Part shown: in pieces, positions 14,556 through 27,883 of the stretch
Numbering within the stretch: position 1 is the first letter of the stretch
Layout of the letters: each line of letters opens with the position of its first letter
Assembly (NCBI GenBank): GCA_016748015.1
Contig: JAAOMT010000094.1
Location: forward strand, 51,281-115,280
Origin: Geosiphon pyriformis uo1
Taxonomy: Eukaryota; Fungi; Glomeromycota
Direction: 5' to 3'
DNA length: 64,000 nucleotides
Made by a program: the position numbers and the translations under genes
Notes under the pieces: generated by a model
What the model saw: only the letters and a program-made list of their open reading frames with translations
The model's database searches: none
What the model was told of the DNA's origin: nothing

Positions 14556-15250
14556 CAGATTTTAAGTTAAAAATAAAATTTATTATTAGCTTTTTATTAA
14601 ATTTTTAAAATTTTTATTATAATAATAATTATATTAAAACTGGTTTTAATTGGTTATTAAAAAAAATTTTAAGCAAAAAAAATTTTTTATTTAAAGCTAA
14701 AAATAATAATTATTTAACAATTAAAAATTATTTATATAACTTAAGAAAAACTTTTTAAAAAAAAACTTTTTAAGTATTAAAACTATTAAAAACAATAGAA
14801 AAAAATGTTGTTTTTTTATCATTTAGTATTTTAGTTATGGTCATAAAAATATGAAAAAAAGTTTTTTAATAATAATTTGAATTTGAATTTTTTTATTAAG
14901 TAATAAAATATATAACTGTTTTTAATTTATATATATATATTAAATAAAAATTTTATTATATATTTTAATTTTAAAAACAACATAAAAAAACTTTAAAATT
15001 TGTATTTTAATTTTTATAATATTATATTAAATTAAATTAAATTGTAAAAAAATTGAATTAACTAAGTTATATAAATTTTTTTTATTAATTACTTAATTTT
15101 GTTTAATATATTTAATAATATAATATTATTATTAATTAAAAATTAGGAATTACTAAAAAACTTCTTTCTCTCCTACATTCCAAATTTCTGAAATAGCACA
15201 TTTTTGAAGAAATTTTTGTTTTTTCATCTGTTTTTATCTTTTACTTTTGC

Positions 15251-17143
15251 TTGGTTTTCACAATTTCTCAACTCGCCAATCCTTTTGTTGTCTCTTTGGC
15301 ATCTAATGCTGTCAATATTATATTCATAAAGAAATTGGCCAAAGATGCTGCTACAAGTTCTGTGAGTGGTAGTTTGAGACAAAAATCAAAGATTTTGCTT
15401 AGTAAAGTCAAAAACTTAGGTGACAAAGCTGATTTTTTTTTCAAATTACCTATAAGTGAGCCTGGCCAGTATGAAAACATAGATACCTTTTTTGAAAAAA
15501 AGTTGGGACATGAGTTGGGCAAAGACTTAGGCTATGGTGCTGGCAGTGAGAGTGATGGGCCATTAGACTCTCATACCAACATCCCAAAGACTAAATGCTT
15601 CAACTCTGGTGCAGTTAAGGTTTCATCTTTGGGGCTCTGTGACTTTGGTTCTGCCATTGACAATATCAACATAGACTTACCTTCCCTTGTTCTTTTGGAA
15701 TCTCCTCTTTGTTCAATCACTTCTGTCAAAGAGAGACTCTGCTTCAAACCAACCAAATTTTTTGCACTTGACATTGGTTTGTTGGCCATTCCCGGAACTA
15801 CTCTGTGTGACAAACTCAAGGGTGTCAGAAAGCTGTTCTACAAAGTTGATGGTTTTGAGGGTGTGTTGATTCTATTAAAATTTCCAGGTATTGTTAGGAT
15901 GTTTTTTACATCTGAATCCAGTCTCACTTTGGCTAAACAGTTGGCTGTGTTTGAGAATTTTGTTGTCAACACTGATCTAAAAAAGATCAGCATATAATCA
16001 GATTGGGAAATTGTTATCAAAGAAATTCTGGTCGATCTGCCCAAATTGGCAATTAAGTCAGCTTTGGTCAAGTATGGGAAAATTTTTTCAATCAAAATAC
16101 AGCTAATTGGTCTTTGGCAGAAAGCACTTGTGGAGTTTAAGAGTTCTCAGGTCGCTGATCTGGTTGTGTCCAAATAGTCAATCTTGCTGAATAAGGACTC
16201 AGCATGGGTTGCCAAAGCCAACGCCGACAAACAAACGTGAAATTTAAGAGACAGCTATTATGCTCTCCTATACACTCTGCTGATGGGCACAACTGTCCAT
16301 GATCTCTCAGATTTAGTCCAGTCATATGGTGGGAAAACTTGTTGTATTTTTAGAAATTTGATATCTTACACACAAGCCCAATGTGCTGTCATATGCTTTG
16401 ACTCTAAAGAAGCCAGAGAGACTGCCATTTGCTCTACGCCAGTGTTTAAGAGTATCAATCTTGTCTGGGCTGGTTTGTCATCTTCTAAATATGCCACATG
16501 TGATAACTTTGGTCACATTTTCTTTGGATATAGTGATAGTGAAAAAACCTTTGGACTGGGTTTCAAAAAAAGATTTCTTTGTTTCGATTTGGATAAAAGA
16601 TGCCTTGTACTCATCTATGCCAAAAAACAAGCTCTTGTGTCTCATTCTGTCTTCTTTGGTGGTACGACTTGGGCTTCTGTGGTAAGCGGCTCCCCTAAAA
16701 ATTTGTCTTCTACACTGTTCATTGAAACCAATATGAACATAGGACCAGTTGGCAGTTCGATATCTGAGGTTGCAATTCTAGCTTCATGTGTTAGTGTTCT
16801 CAAGCATTTGTTTGAGAATGTATCTGACCAGATAGCTAACATTTCACATAAGTTGGACAGGTTATTGGCAGTTTTGTTGGCAAGTTTTGTTGTTTTGCTT
16901 ACTTCCAAACATATCCTTGTGCTGGATATAACTGTTGACACTTCATTATTTGTTTTTCCTGTGCCTAGTGTGGTTGCTGCTATCATCCAAGACATTTTTC
17001 CAAGTGGTTCCTGAGTTTTAACTGTGAAAGTAGGTGGCCTGGAGGCTAGTCTGTTGGTTCTAGAGAATTTAATTAAAACAATAATGAATAAGTTGGACTC
17101 TTTTGGTTCTGGCAGTGGTATGGTACTCCATTCCCTTCCCTAA
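15251..17143 (+). pseudogene. LINE B ORF1 (RRM-like region plus zinc knuckle), in-frame stops
   Basis: ORFs 15251..15997 and 16283..17014 share a frame. IVIKEI.VDLPK..KYGKI.SIK.QLIGLWQKALVEF looks RRM-like; a decayed CX2CX4HX4C lies at ~16490-16530; terminal TAA at 17141-17143. Confidence 0.85.
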
Positions 17144-20100
17144 TAAGTAGTTTAGCCTGGAAAATTGTTACTTGTAATGTTAAAGATATGAATGTTCCTG
17201 CTAAGCAGAAAGACATTATTAGGTAACATATGGTTTTGAATAATAACATTTTAATAATTATTGAGACTAAGCTATGCTTCAGTGTTAAGTCTTAGATTGT
17301 GAATAAGTTTCCTGATGTGAGAGTATTTATATTAGGTCTGGATGCTGGGTTTTTAGGTGCAGGTGTCACTTTAATTATAAATAAAAATTTAGCCAAGCAT
17401 GTTTCAAAAATCTCTGAGATTCTGAGTAGGCTTTTAATAGTTTGTTTACTATTCAAAAACAAACAATCCATCTCTGTGTTGGGTTTGTATGTGGAGGCTT
17501 CTTAGGATAGGCATATGATTCAGGCTGGTTTTGTTAACTCTTTTATAGCCAGAACTTATAATAAGAGTACTTTTGTTATATTAGGTGGTGATTTCAATGA
17601 GGATGGAAACAAACATAGCTTTAGCTTTAGTAAATGTGTGGATTTTGGTTTAGTCAATACATTAGTTAATAGTCTCTACATTAAGGCTTCTACTTGGAAT
17701 AATTTCAGGGGCATTGAAAGGACCATTGATTTTGTTTTTATTTCACAGAGTTTGAGTAATGCTTTGATAAATGGGCAAATTGTGGATGTGGATGAGTTCT
17801 TTAATACTGATTACAGTTTTGTTCAAATTACAATTGGTCTTGGTGGGATTTTAGATCCTGTTTTAAAAGCTATTTGTGTTCAAGCCAATAAAGACAAGTG
17901 GAAGTTTAATGTTAAAAATGCTGATGGGATTAAATGGAAGTGGTATAGAAATGTATTTCATGAGAATTTTGCCATGTTTTCCAATGAGTTTGCGAATTTT
18001 CACTGTTTGTCTGATTTGGATAGCATGTGGTGTATTATTTGCAAAGCCATCTGCTTCTCAGCAAATGAAGTTTTCTCAAAGACCTGGTCTAAAGGTTTTG
18101 ATAGTAGTTATACCAAGTGCTTTTCTCGTTTTCATAGATTGGAACTTTTGGTTTCTAAATTGGTAAAGGCCTCATGTTTTGTGTTATCAGATGAGTTTGT
18201 TTCCCTTTTGGACATTTGGGTTTCTTTGGATTTCATTAATGCTTCTGCTGTCAAATTTCTCTTCCTTTTGGGATCTTATTTTGATGCTATCAGGTCAGCT
18301 TTGGTGAAGGTTAGGAAATATTATCATTCACTTAAGATGATGGAATCAAAACGTGCTCGGAATTTTCAGATCAAGCTGGCAATTGACAAAAAAATGGAAA
18401 ACTTTAGGTTAAATAAAGACCAGATTATTAGGAATGTACTTGAGAGACCATTTCACAAAGTTATATTGGATCATTTGGTTGTGAATGAGGACCTTATTTT
18501 GGAACCTGGTTTGGTTAAATTTCACACTGATAGAATTATAGAGGGATGGACCAGAAAGCATATGGTAGTTGGTAACATTTTGGATGACTGAAGTCACCAG
18601 TTTCAACTCTTGGAGTATGTCTTTAATGATGCCTTTTCAAATATTATGCACCCAATTGAGGCAGATGAGTTTTTTGGTGTGGTTCTAGATCTGCCTGATA
18701 ATAAAGCTGCTGGCCTTTCTGGTATTTCGAATGAGCTATGGAAACATTGTGACAGGTCTGTTTTAGATTCACTTTTGGTCTTTTTGAACTCTTGTTTGGT
18801 TTGTGAGGCTGTTCCAGGCTTTTGGAAAGAGGCCTGAGTGTCTATGATTCCTAAACTCTATAATTGGGAAGAAGTTCTTACAAATACCTGACCTATTGTA
18901 CTGATTGAAACTGTCTGTAAAATTCTCTCCAAAATTCTCTCTAACAGAATCTCTTTGGTATGTAGTAAGTATGATGTTCTTTGTAGTGACAATTTTTCAG
19001 TCCTTAAAGGTATGACAACACAGTCTCCTATTTTTGCTATTGGTTCAGTGGCTAAAGATGCTTTGAAAAAGAATCGTGAACTTTGGTTGGTTTTATAAGA
19101 CATGAGAAAAGCATATGATTTGGTTGGCTGGGAACATTTGAGAAAAAGTTTGGTCAGAATCAAAATGTGCAGTAAATTCATAAGATTTTTTGAGAATATT
19201 TACAATGGCCACATGAACAGAGTAATGACTGATTTTGGATTGACTGATAGTTATAGTGTTTGTGATGGCTTGGATTAAGGAGAAGTGTTTTCACCTCTTC
19301 TTTGGCAAATTTTTTATGACACTTTGCTGTGTGAGGTTAAGAAACAAGAGGCAGTGTATGGTTACAAGCTGAACTCATATTACATTGTCAAGACTGGTTG
19401 TGTGGATCCACAGAATGGCTTTATATTCTTTTTTGCTGCAGGTGCTTTTGTTGATAACACTATATGAGTTGGTTCTAGTCAGGTGGCCACACAACATATT
19501 CTCAATATTGCCAGTGAATTTTTCAGATTAAGTAATATATTGATCAATAATGACAAGACTGTAGTGATCCCAATTAATTGTAGAGTGATGGCACCTTTTT
19601 TATCTATCAGTAATGCTCCTATTTCTATTGCCAAAAAGGGGGTGTCTCACCATTATCTGGGTGTTTTTCTCTTTTTTGATGAATTGTCTAAGCCCAGTCT
19701 GGCCAAAGCACATTTTGATGTTCGGTTTTTTGCCAATTTAGTACTGAAAAAAGCAATTTCGGACAAACAGTTTTCTTACTTGGTTTCAGTAGTTCTTCAT
19801 TCTATCATTGGTTATAAAACCCAGTTTAGCTTTGTTTCTGCTAGTGTGTGCCAAAAATGGGATGTTTTGATTTGAAAAAGTCTACAACTGAAGTCAAATC
19901 TTCCTCTGGATTTTCCTAATAACATCTTACACCACTCTTTGTTTTATGGCTTGAAGACTTTTAAGCAAATTCAAGCCAAAGGCAAGGTTGCCGTTGTGGT
20001 GTGCTTCACTAACTCTGTTGAAATTTTGGGCCGGTTGTTCATGTATAGGTTGCATGACTTGCAGGTTTCAAGTTGGCATTCAGTACATTTTTTGTGTTCT

Positions 20101-21831
20101 CCAGTTTGCATTAGTGTTAATCTTTTAAACAACTTCTTGGCAGGTGTGGTTTGAGTCTTTCTTAACTCTGGTTTATTCTTGGGCAACCTTGTTTGTGATG
20201 CTTTTTGCTTCTGAAATGAAACTTCTTTATCTGAGATCTTTGGCAAGTCAATGTATTTTAGGTGTTTCCCCTCTCTTTGTCATTATTGAATAGCTTTTGT
20301 TAAGCAGCTTTGATGCCAAAATGATGCTGTCTTTGATTAGAAAACTTTTAAGCAGTGGAAAAGGCTCAATCCTCATGGTCCTGTTTTTGTCTGGTTTGCT
20401 GCTGCTGTTCACCATCTTCATATTGTTGGTTCTTTTAATGTTGGCTTATCTCCTCTGGTTGCTACCTCTGTAAAAGACATTCTTGATTCCCATGAATTTA
20501 GATCAATGCATGATCGGTTGTTTGGCCTTGGTGCCTCCGATTTTTCTGTGTACACAAATGGTTCTCTTTGTGGCTTGAGAAGCATGAATATGAAAGCTGG
20601 TGCTGCCACATTTTTCAAGGACATTAACTTGGGTCTTGGAGTAGAAGTGTTTGGCATGGTTTTTTCCACATTAGCAGAGCTTCAGGCTATTGCATTGGCT
20701 CTTGAGTGTGTTCCTAGTTCAAGTTCAGTCTATCTATTCTCTGACAGCCAAGCTGCACTAGATACATGTAAATCTGAATTATTATTGTTGGCTCTGGATT
20801 TTCGAAATAAATGTTGGGTTGAGCATTGGCATATTGCTGGAATTATACATGACAGAAATTTGAACATTGGCTGGCATAAGATCAAAGGTCACTCAGGTGT
20901 TCCAGATAATGATAGAGCTGACTTGCTTGCTGGTGTTTTTTCCCATTCAGGCCAGCTCCTTCATTTCTGGCTCAAGAAATGTTTTATCTTGGCTAATGGC
21001 AATACTGTTTCTGGAAACTCTAGGCACTTTGTTCGTGATATTTTTCAGTCTATTCATCATGCAAGCTAAAAAATTGGCCTTGGTGCCAAAATTGTGAACA
21101 GTTGTATTTTTCCAGATATTAATTGGTTTAAGTCATTCCTTGTTTGGCATCCTAACTCTCACATGACTGCTGGCTTCACAAGTTGCTGCTCGGCCAGCTT
21201 TTGTTCTTATTTTATAAAAGCTTTATATCATAGACTACCTGTTGCTGTTCGAAAATGCCTCTATGATAGATGTTATCCCAGTGTGATATGTCTATATTGT
21301 GGTGATATTGAGTTGTCGGACCATGTTTTTTCTTGTATGTTTGATATGGCTGCTTGGTTCCAATTGTTTGTTGATTTTGTCTCCACTTGGAGAACTGTTT
21401 TTGGTCTGTCCTATACCTCCTCTTATGTATCACAAATGCTATCCAATTGTTTGGCTGATTTGGAGCTTGTTGCCTTGCTGTGCAAAGGTTTTGTGCTTGT
21501 GAATTGGTGCCAGAAGGCCACTTCTTGCTTTGACAACTCTAAGGTTGCATTTGGTAAGGTGATTGAGTTTGTTCATGATTTGTGTTTGTCTTTTAGGAAT
21601 GATATTTGGCTGGTCTGTTCCAAGCATTGTGTCTATATAGAGAAACATAGTCTGATCCTTCGCAATGGTTCAATTTTTGTCTCGGTGTCTGGTAATGTGT
21701 CAGTGTTTTTGGCCTGAATGGTTAGACTGCTTGGTATTGATGATACATTTGGTGTTAGTTTTGGACTGCACAGCTTCTGCTGGTTTTTTTCAGGTATAAG
21801 TAATTCGGTTTTTGCGCATATGAGTATGTAG
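17143..21831 (+). pseudogene. LINE B ORF2: APE endonuclease, reverse transcriptase, RNase H, CCHC zinc finger
   Basis: KIVTCNV, ETKL, LGGDFNE, TIDFVF, TDY (APE); AAGLSGI, PIVLIE, DMRKAYD, GEVFSPLLW, AFVDN, YLGV (RT); VYTNGS, AELQAI, SDSQAA, KIKGHSG..DNDRADLLA (RNase H); CLYC..DHVFSC. One frame with many TGG/CAR/CGA-derived stops. Confidence 0.95.
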
Positions 21832-24631
21832 TGTAGTCTTGATTGGCTTGAATAACTAGTCACATATAGGAAAAGCATAATTCACATCTAGTTTAGATCA
21901 TTATTTTAATGTATTGTTACTAGACAGTGTTTGGATTTTACTTATTAAAATGTTAAAAAAAAAAATTAGATTTTAAAAATGTTAAAAAAATAAATAAATT
22001 TATTTATTTATTTTTTTATTAATAAATGCAATTTAATTACTATTTAATACAAAAAATCAAACTAAAAAACTCTAATTAAATATAATTTATACACTTTCTA
22101 TATATAATTAGTTATTTACTAATTAAAATTACATTACATATTTATTTTTACTATTATATTACTATCTAAATCAGAAAAAAACAACCAAAATTTACAAAAC
22201 TCAAAACTAATAGTAAAAGCTTTATTAATACCAAACAAATAAACTATACTATTTGATAAGTAAAACAACAAAAAATATAACAGTCTAAAAACTACATCTA
22301 TATTACTAACCAAATTATTACTTTTTATATCAATTCTAAATTTATTTAACAATTTACATTACTATTTTGTAATACTTAACAAACTTATAAGCAAATTTTA
22401 TTACTATTAAAACTGCTTTTTTTTTATTCTTAAATACCAACATTATTTCTTCAAACTACTTTTTTATAACAAAATTTTTACAAAAAATCTTATACAAATT
22501 TATGTTAAATAAGCTCAAAAAAAAAGTTTAATAATAATAAAACCTTAATACCAACCAAAAATTTCTAGCAAGTAACTAAATTTCACATTATTTTTTTATA
22601 TAAAATAGCATTTTTTGAACAAATAAAAACATAATTAAAAAATTTTATTTTGCTATACAGTAAATATAATACACTAAAATAGCATTTATTATAAAGTTTT
22701 TTTTAAAAACAATTGACAATTATTTAAAAATGGTTTTTATTATATAAATATGCAAATTTAAAGATACTTTACTAGTAAACTCAGATTATATATGTGGATT
22801 TGAATGCCAAATTACTGTAATATAAACTTAATTAATGTATTAAATAAATAAATCAGTCATAATTTTTACATTAAAACTGCTTTTTATTAGATTTGACAAA
22901 CTAATTTGTAAATTTTATGTACAAAATAACAGATATTACCAAATACAGCCAAATTATTAACCATAATAAATTTCTCTAAAACACAATAAAAAAAAACATA
23001 TTTGAATGAAAAGTAATATTAGTAAGCATATTTATTAAATTATTGCTTTTATTATCTAAATAACTCTTGATTTTTATTTACTTTATTAAACTGGTTTTAT
23101 CTTTAATTAAATTGGCAACATGTTTCTGTTTTAATTAACAACTGTCACGAAAATCAAAACAACATGAGTTCAAATTTGAAGTACATATATCAATTGCTAC
23201 TTGACTGTTTAAATACAAAATTATAAAATAAAACAAAGATATATACTTTAAAGCCAAAACAACTGCTTATAATTTTGCTATTATTAAGAACATAAAACTC
23301 TAAATTTTTACCTTAATATTTATAGTAATGTTAAAAAAATAAGTCATTGTTTTATAATTAATATGTAAAAAAATTTTATTCTTTAATAATTTATTAATAT
23401 AAACAAAAAAACTTTTAAACTAAATTTCATGTAAATGTTTCTAAACAGCCAAAAATTTACCAAAATTCAAAATATTAAAAACATTATAAGTTAAAAATAC
23501 ATTTAACAAATCAAAACTAGAGTCAATTATAAATTTAAAAGCCATATTAAACCATTAAGACACTAGATTTTTCAGATTTAACTTTTTCTAATAATAAAAT
23601 ATTTTTTAATTCATAATTATATCCTGTTTATTTAACAATCTATTATTAAAAATTACATCAAAATATTTCAAAAAGTTAACTATACTATAGTAATAAAAAG
23701 TTTTTAAAATAATTAATATCAAAAACTTACTAAAATCACAAAAAGTAATGGACATGTTATTAGCTAATAAGAACTTATTGTTCAAAAAAACTTTTATCAT
23801 ATTTACAAATAAATTATTTATTGAATTAACTTTTAATTTTACAAGAAACTGCAAAAAATTTACAAGTTCTTATCTTAACATTTGCAAATCTAAAAACCAA
23901 TAATTAAAGAACTTTAAAAGCATTAAAAAAAGCAATTAATAAAGCTGTTTTGCTTTTAACTTGTATTTGCTTAAAAGTTTTTAAATTATACAAAAAAAAA
24001 TAATATAATAATTTACTAAAAAAATTTTTCAGCAAATTAATTTTGGTCTTAAGTCTTTTTTTTACAAAAATATTCTATTTGCTACACATATTTTTTAAAA
24101 TAAAACTAAACTGAGTTTTATAATTAACTATTAAATACAAAACAACTAATACCAAATAAAAAAACTGTTTATTTAATATAGTTTTTCTCAATATAATATT
24201 CAAAAAAAATCTAACATCTGAATATGCTTTAATCAAGCTTGGCTTAGATATATTTTTAATTAACAAAAAATATTTAAATATTTGTAAGACTTGCTTTTTT
24301 TTATTATAATAATTAACAGTTTATTAATAGACAAAAAAACAACTTTAATTTTTTTATTAATAAGAATAGACACCAAATTTTTATTTTTAATTAAAATATT
24401 ATTTATTGAAAAAAATTTGCTGGTAATATCCAAAATATATTGTGTAAATATATAACTATTTCTTATTCAAAATATATTATTAACAAAAGCATTTATTGCA
24501 AAAACTAAAATTTTGTTTAAACTGTTTTTTACTTTTTCTGTTTTAACAACAAACTTAGTGTCAATTTAATTATTACATAAATGTTTATATTTCTTGTTTT
24601 TACACAAAAAAAATCATAAAATATTTTTTAG

Positions 24632-26040
24632 TATTATTAAAAGTTTTGGTTTCTTTTTTTAATATTTGTTAATATTATATTGTTATTAATTTATAATTAT
24701 AAAAAACAATAAACTTTCAATAACTGAATTTATTTTCAAATTATCTTTTATAATTTGGCTTGCTAGACTTGTAAATAAAATGGCCAATTTTATACTAGTT
24801 ATTTGTATAATTATTTTGCAATAAAAGCTAACTTTTTTTCAGAAAATACTCATTTGAAAGCTCATAAAAAATGTGTAATTATTTTGTTATAAAAGTCAAC
24901 TCTTTTACAGAATTTTTATTTGTAGACTACTTTAATATATATTTAAAAAAAAATATAAAAAAATATAAAAAAAATAATTTTGTTTGTAGAAAAATTGTTT
25001 TCTGTTTAGATTTGAAGTTATTAACAAATTACTAAAATTAATAATTAATTAATTTTCAAATTTTGGTTAGAATTTAAAGAATTTTAAAACATATGATAAC
25101 ATAAAAAAATATAATAATATATAATAATTTAAGATAATATAAGATAATACACAATAATAGAAAATAGCACAAAATAACAAGTTATAATATAAAATAACTA
25201 GTTATAGTATAAAAAACAAAACAATAACAGAAATAATAAGTAATAGTTAATAATAACAAATAATTAAAAGCAATTTTGTAAAATTAGAGAATATATATAA
25301 AAATAAGTAGTTTTAACAGATAGAAAAAGACAAATAAAAAACAAAAATCTATTTTCTTAAAACATATCTTAGCTTTAAAACTTGTTAAACTTTTTATTTT
25401 ATTTATTTTATATTTTTTTATTCATTATTAAATAAAAATATTATTCAATCTATTTATATATGATCACAAAATTTGGGTTATTAAAATCAAATTAATTGTT
25501 TTTTTTATCTTTGTTTTAGACCAGAATTTATTAGCATAAACAACTTTAAAATTTTAATAACTTGAACCAATTGCTTTTGATTATAGTGATTAATGATATT
25601 AATTCTTTTTTTTTTTTTTTAATTTTTAATTTTTAAATTTTTTTTTTTTCTTAATTCTCTTTTTTTTTTGTAGAATGACAACAAAAAAATTGATTGTCTG
25701 AGAATAAACTTTATAATAATCTGGTAAAAGAAAAAAGCTTTTTTTAAGTTTAAATAATAATTTTATTTTATCAACTTACCAAAAAGACAAAAAGACAATA
25801 TCAAACTTTAGCAACTATACTTAATTAACTTGAAGAAAATAGCTCAAATTTACAACTGTAAACTACCAAAATGTATTTTTACATCTTATAATCAAAAAAC
25901 TCTACAAATAAATTTACATATAATAGAAATTTTTAGAGACTAATAAATTTTAATATGTTTTCTGTACAATCAAAAAAAACTTCATAGTTTTTTTATACAC
26001 CAAATATTATCATAATATTTTATCAAGTTTATCTATAATA
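24632..26040 (-). mobile_element. Decayed LTR-retrotransposon remnant (LTR 3' end at 24632 plus adjacent non-LINE sequence)
   Basis: The reverse complement of 24632-24925 aligns with 27884-28177 and ends at the same terminus (GGTAACA decayed to AATAATA). 24926-26040 is not LINE sequence; the LTR's 5' boundary is unresolved. Confidence 0.75.
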
Positions 26041-27718
26041 ATAATATTTTTTTTAGCTTTAAACAGATAACAAAAAACTTTCTTAGATTTTGTTTTATAC
26101 TTAATCATAGATTGTATATTAAAAGTCTTAGTACTATTAAGTCTTAATTACATTTTTATAAAATAATCAAAGTCAAAAGTATTACTAAAAACAAAAGTCT
26201 TAATAATTTTAAAAACTAAGACTTCTAATTTAAAAAATTTAAAAGATTGTTTATTTTTTAAAATATTGAATTTATTGTATTAATATTTAGAAAAAATTTT
26301 ATATATTGAATTTACTATAACTTTCTATAAAATATTTTACATTACATTCAACTCAACTTATTTTTTTGCATTCTAAACTTTTATAAGATTAAAAACAAAT
26401 CTAATAATAAATACTTTTTAAAACATGTCTATTTTATTTTATTAGCATTTTTTATATTGAACTTCTAATAATTTTGATTAATTTGTTTGTGTATAGCATT
26501 TAGAAAAGTATTCAAAAGATTATTTAACTCAAAAAAACAAACACAGTTTTGTAATTGGTATTAAAAAACTTAAACACATTAGAAACTTTACAATAAATAA
26601 TATTGATAAAAAATAATTACTAATAAAAATGTAATTAATAATCTTTTTTACACTCTTTAAATTGCTTCAAATTATAAGCTTGACAACAAAATTATTTAAA
26701 AAAAATTATACAAACCTAAATCAAAACATTTTTTGAAACTTATATTCTGTTTTATCTTATTTTTATTAAAATTACTATTTAATACTATATAAAAATTTGA
26801 ATTAACTATATTAGTAATGCAAAAATTATCTTACAAGCTTGTTTAAATTGTATACTAGTTAAAATATTAGCATATAAACCTAGAATTGTTACTGAAAGTT
26901 TATTGTTAAACAGCAGATAAATTAAAAAAAGATAACAAAAATCTTAGAAACTTTATATATATATTAAGCAAAAATATTTTTTATAATTATTATTACTCTT
27001 AAATTTAAATAACTAGTGTATAAACCAGAAATAAAAACTTTTATATTTGGAAATCTGTTCTTAATCTAAGATTTAATTTGTTTTTTTAGTTTTATTTTAA
27101 TAAAAATAGAAATAAAATTGCCAAAATCTCTATGCTATCTAATAAAATTCTTTTGTTTAGCCAAATTGGTTTATTTTTTTAATATTATATATTATAAACT
27201 TTCAAACATGATTAGTTATTAAAGTAAAAAATATACCAAAAAACTTAAGCCAAAATATGATTAATCTAATCTACTAAAATTAAACTAATAAAAATCTCAA
27301 AAGCAACTATTTTTAATTCTAAGTTGCTTATCTTGATAATTAAAACCATAAAACTATTTATATTTAAACTAAAGTCTTAATTATTGTTACTAAAGAAAAA
27401 AAAACCAATACTTACAAGTTATTTAAGATTATATTTAAATCCAAACTTGAATTCAAAAACACAGAAACAGTCAAAAAAATAAATTAAAAAACAGCAACCA
27501 GTGTTACCAGACGAAATTAGAGATATCATTTAGCATGAAATTATCTCATAATTCCTATCATTAATTAGCATATATTATCGTTTCAAATTATTACTTATTA
27601 CATTAGCAAAGAATGTCCGAAATTATTATTTAATTAATAACCCAAATTGTACACAACACAAATGTAACCTAATTGTGATAATCAATCATGCAATACTCCG
27701 AACTATGTAACATTCAAA

Positions 27719-27840
27719 AGTTTGCCGAAATTTATAGAAATTCGCCGAAATAATTGATAGTTCACCGAAATATCTAATAGTTCGCAGAAATAACTTGTAG
27801 TTTGCCGAAATGTATCTTTAGTTCAGCAAAATTGTAGAAA
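27719..27840 (+). repeat. ~20-bp tandem repeat x6 (core AGTTYGCCGAAAT) inside the LTR
   Basis: agtttgccgaaatttataga / aattcgccgaaataattgat / agttcaccgaaatatctaat / agttcgcagaaataacttgt / agtttgccgaaatgtatctt / tagttcagcaaaattgtaga. Confidence 0.9.
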
Positions 27841-27863
27841 ATAGCAAAGTTCAAGTTCATAGA

Positions 27864-27883
27864 NNNNNNNNNNNNNNNNNNNN
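27864..27883. other. Assembly gap (20 N)
   Basis: Run of N in the sequence. Confidence 1.

Larger units (their letters stand above)
15161..21965 (+). mobile_element. LINE copy B, full length (~6.8 kb), moderately decayed
   Basis: Pyrimidine-rich 5' end CTTCTTTCTCTCC, ORF1, ORF2 (APE-RT-RNase H-CCHC), ~125-nt 3'UTR and poly-A at 21955-21965. ORF-track fragments tile two reading frames broken by premature stops. Confidence 0.97.

Noticed and set aside
15138-21980. Target-site duplications for LINE copies
   Set aside because: Only short A/T-rich partial matches (e.g. aaaaattag), not distinguishable from chance.
26064-26937. GATAACA motifs at 26066-26072 and 26931-26937 as extra LTR ends
   Set aside because: Both lie within continuous LINE C ORF2 sequence on the minus strand.
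27719-27840. CRISPR-like repeat/spacer appearance
   Set aside because: The period is only 20 bp with 7-nt variable parts, it lies inside an LTR in a eukaryotic context, and there are no cas genes.
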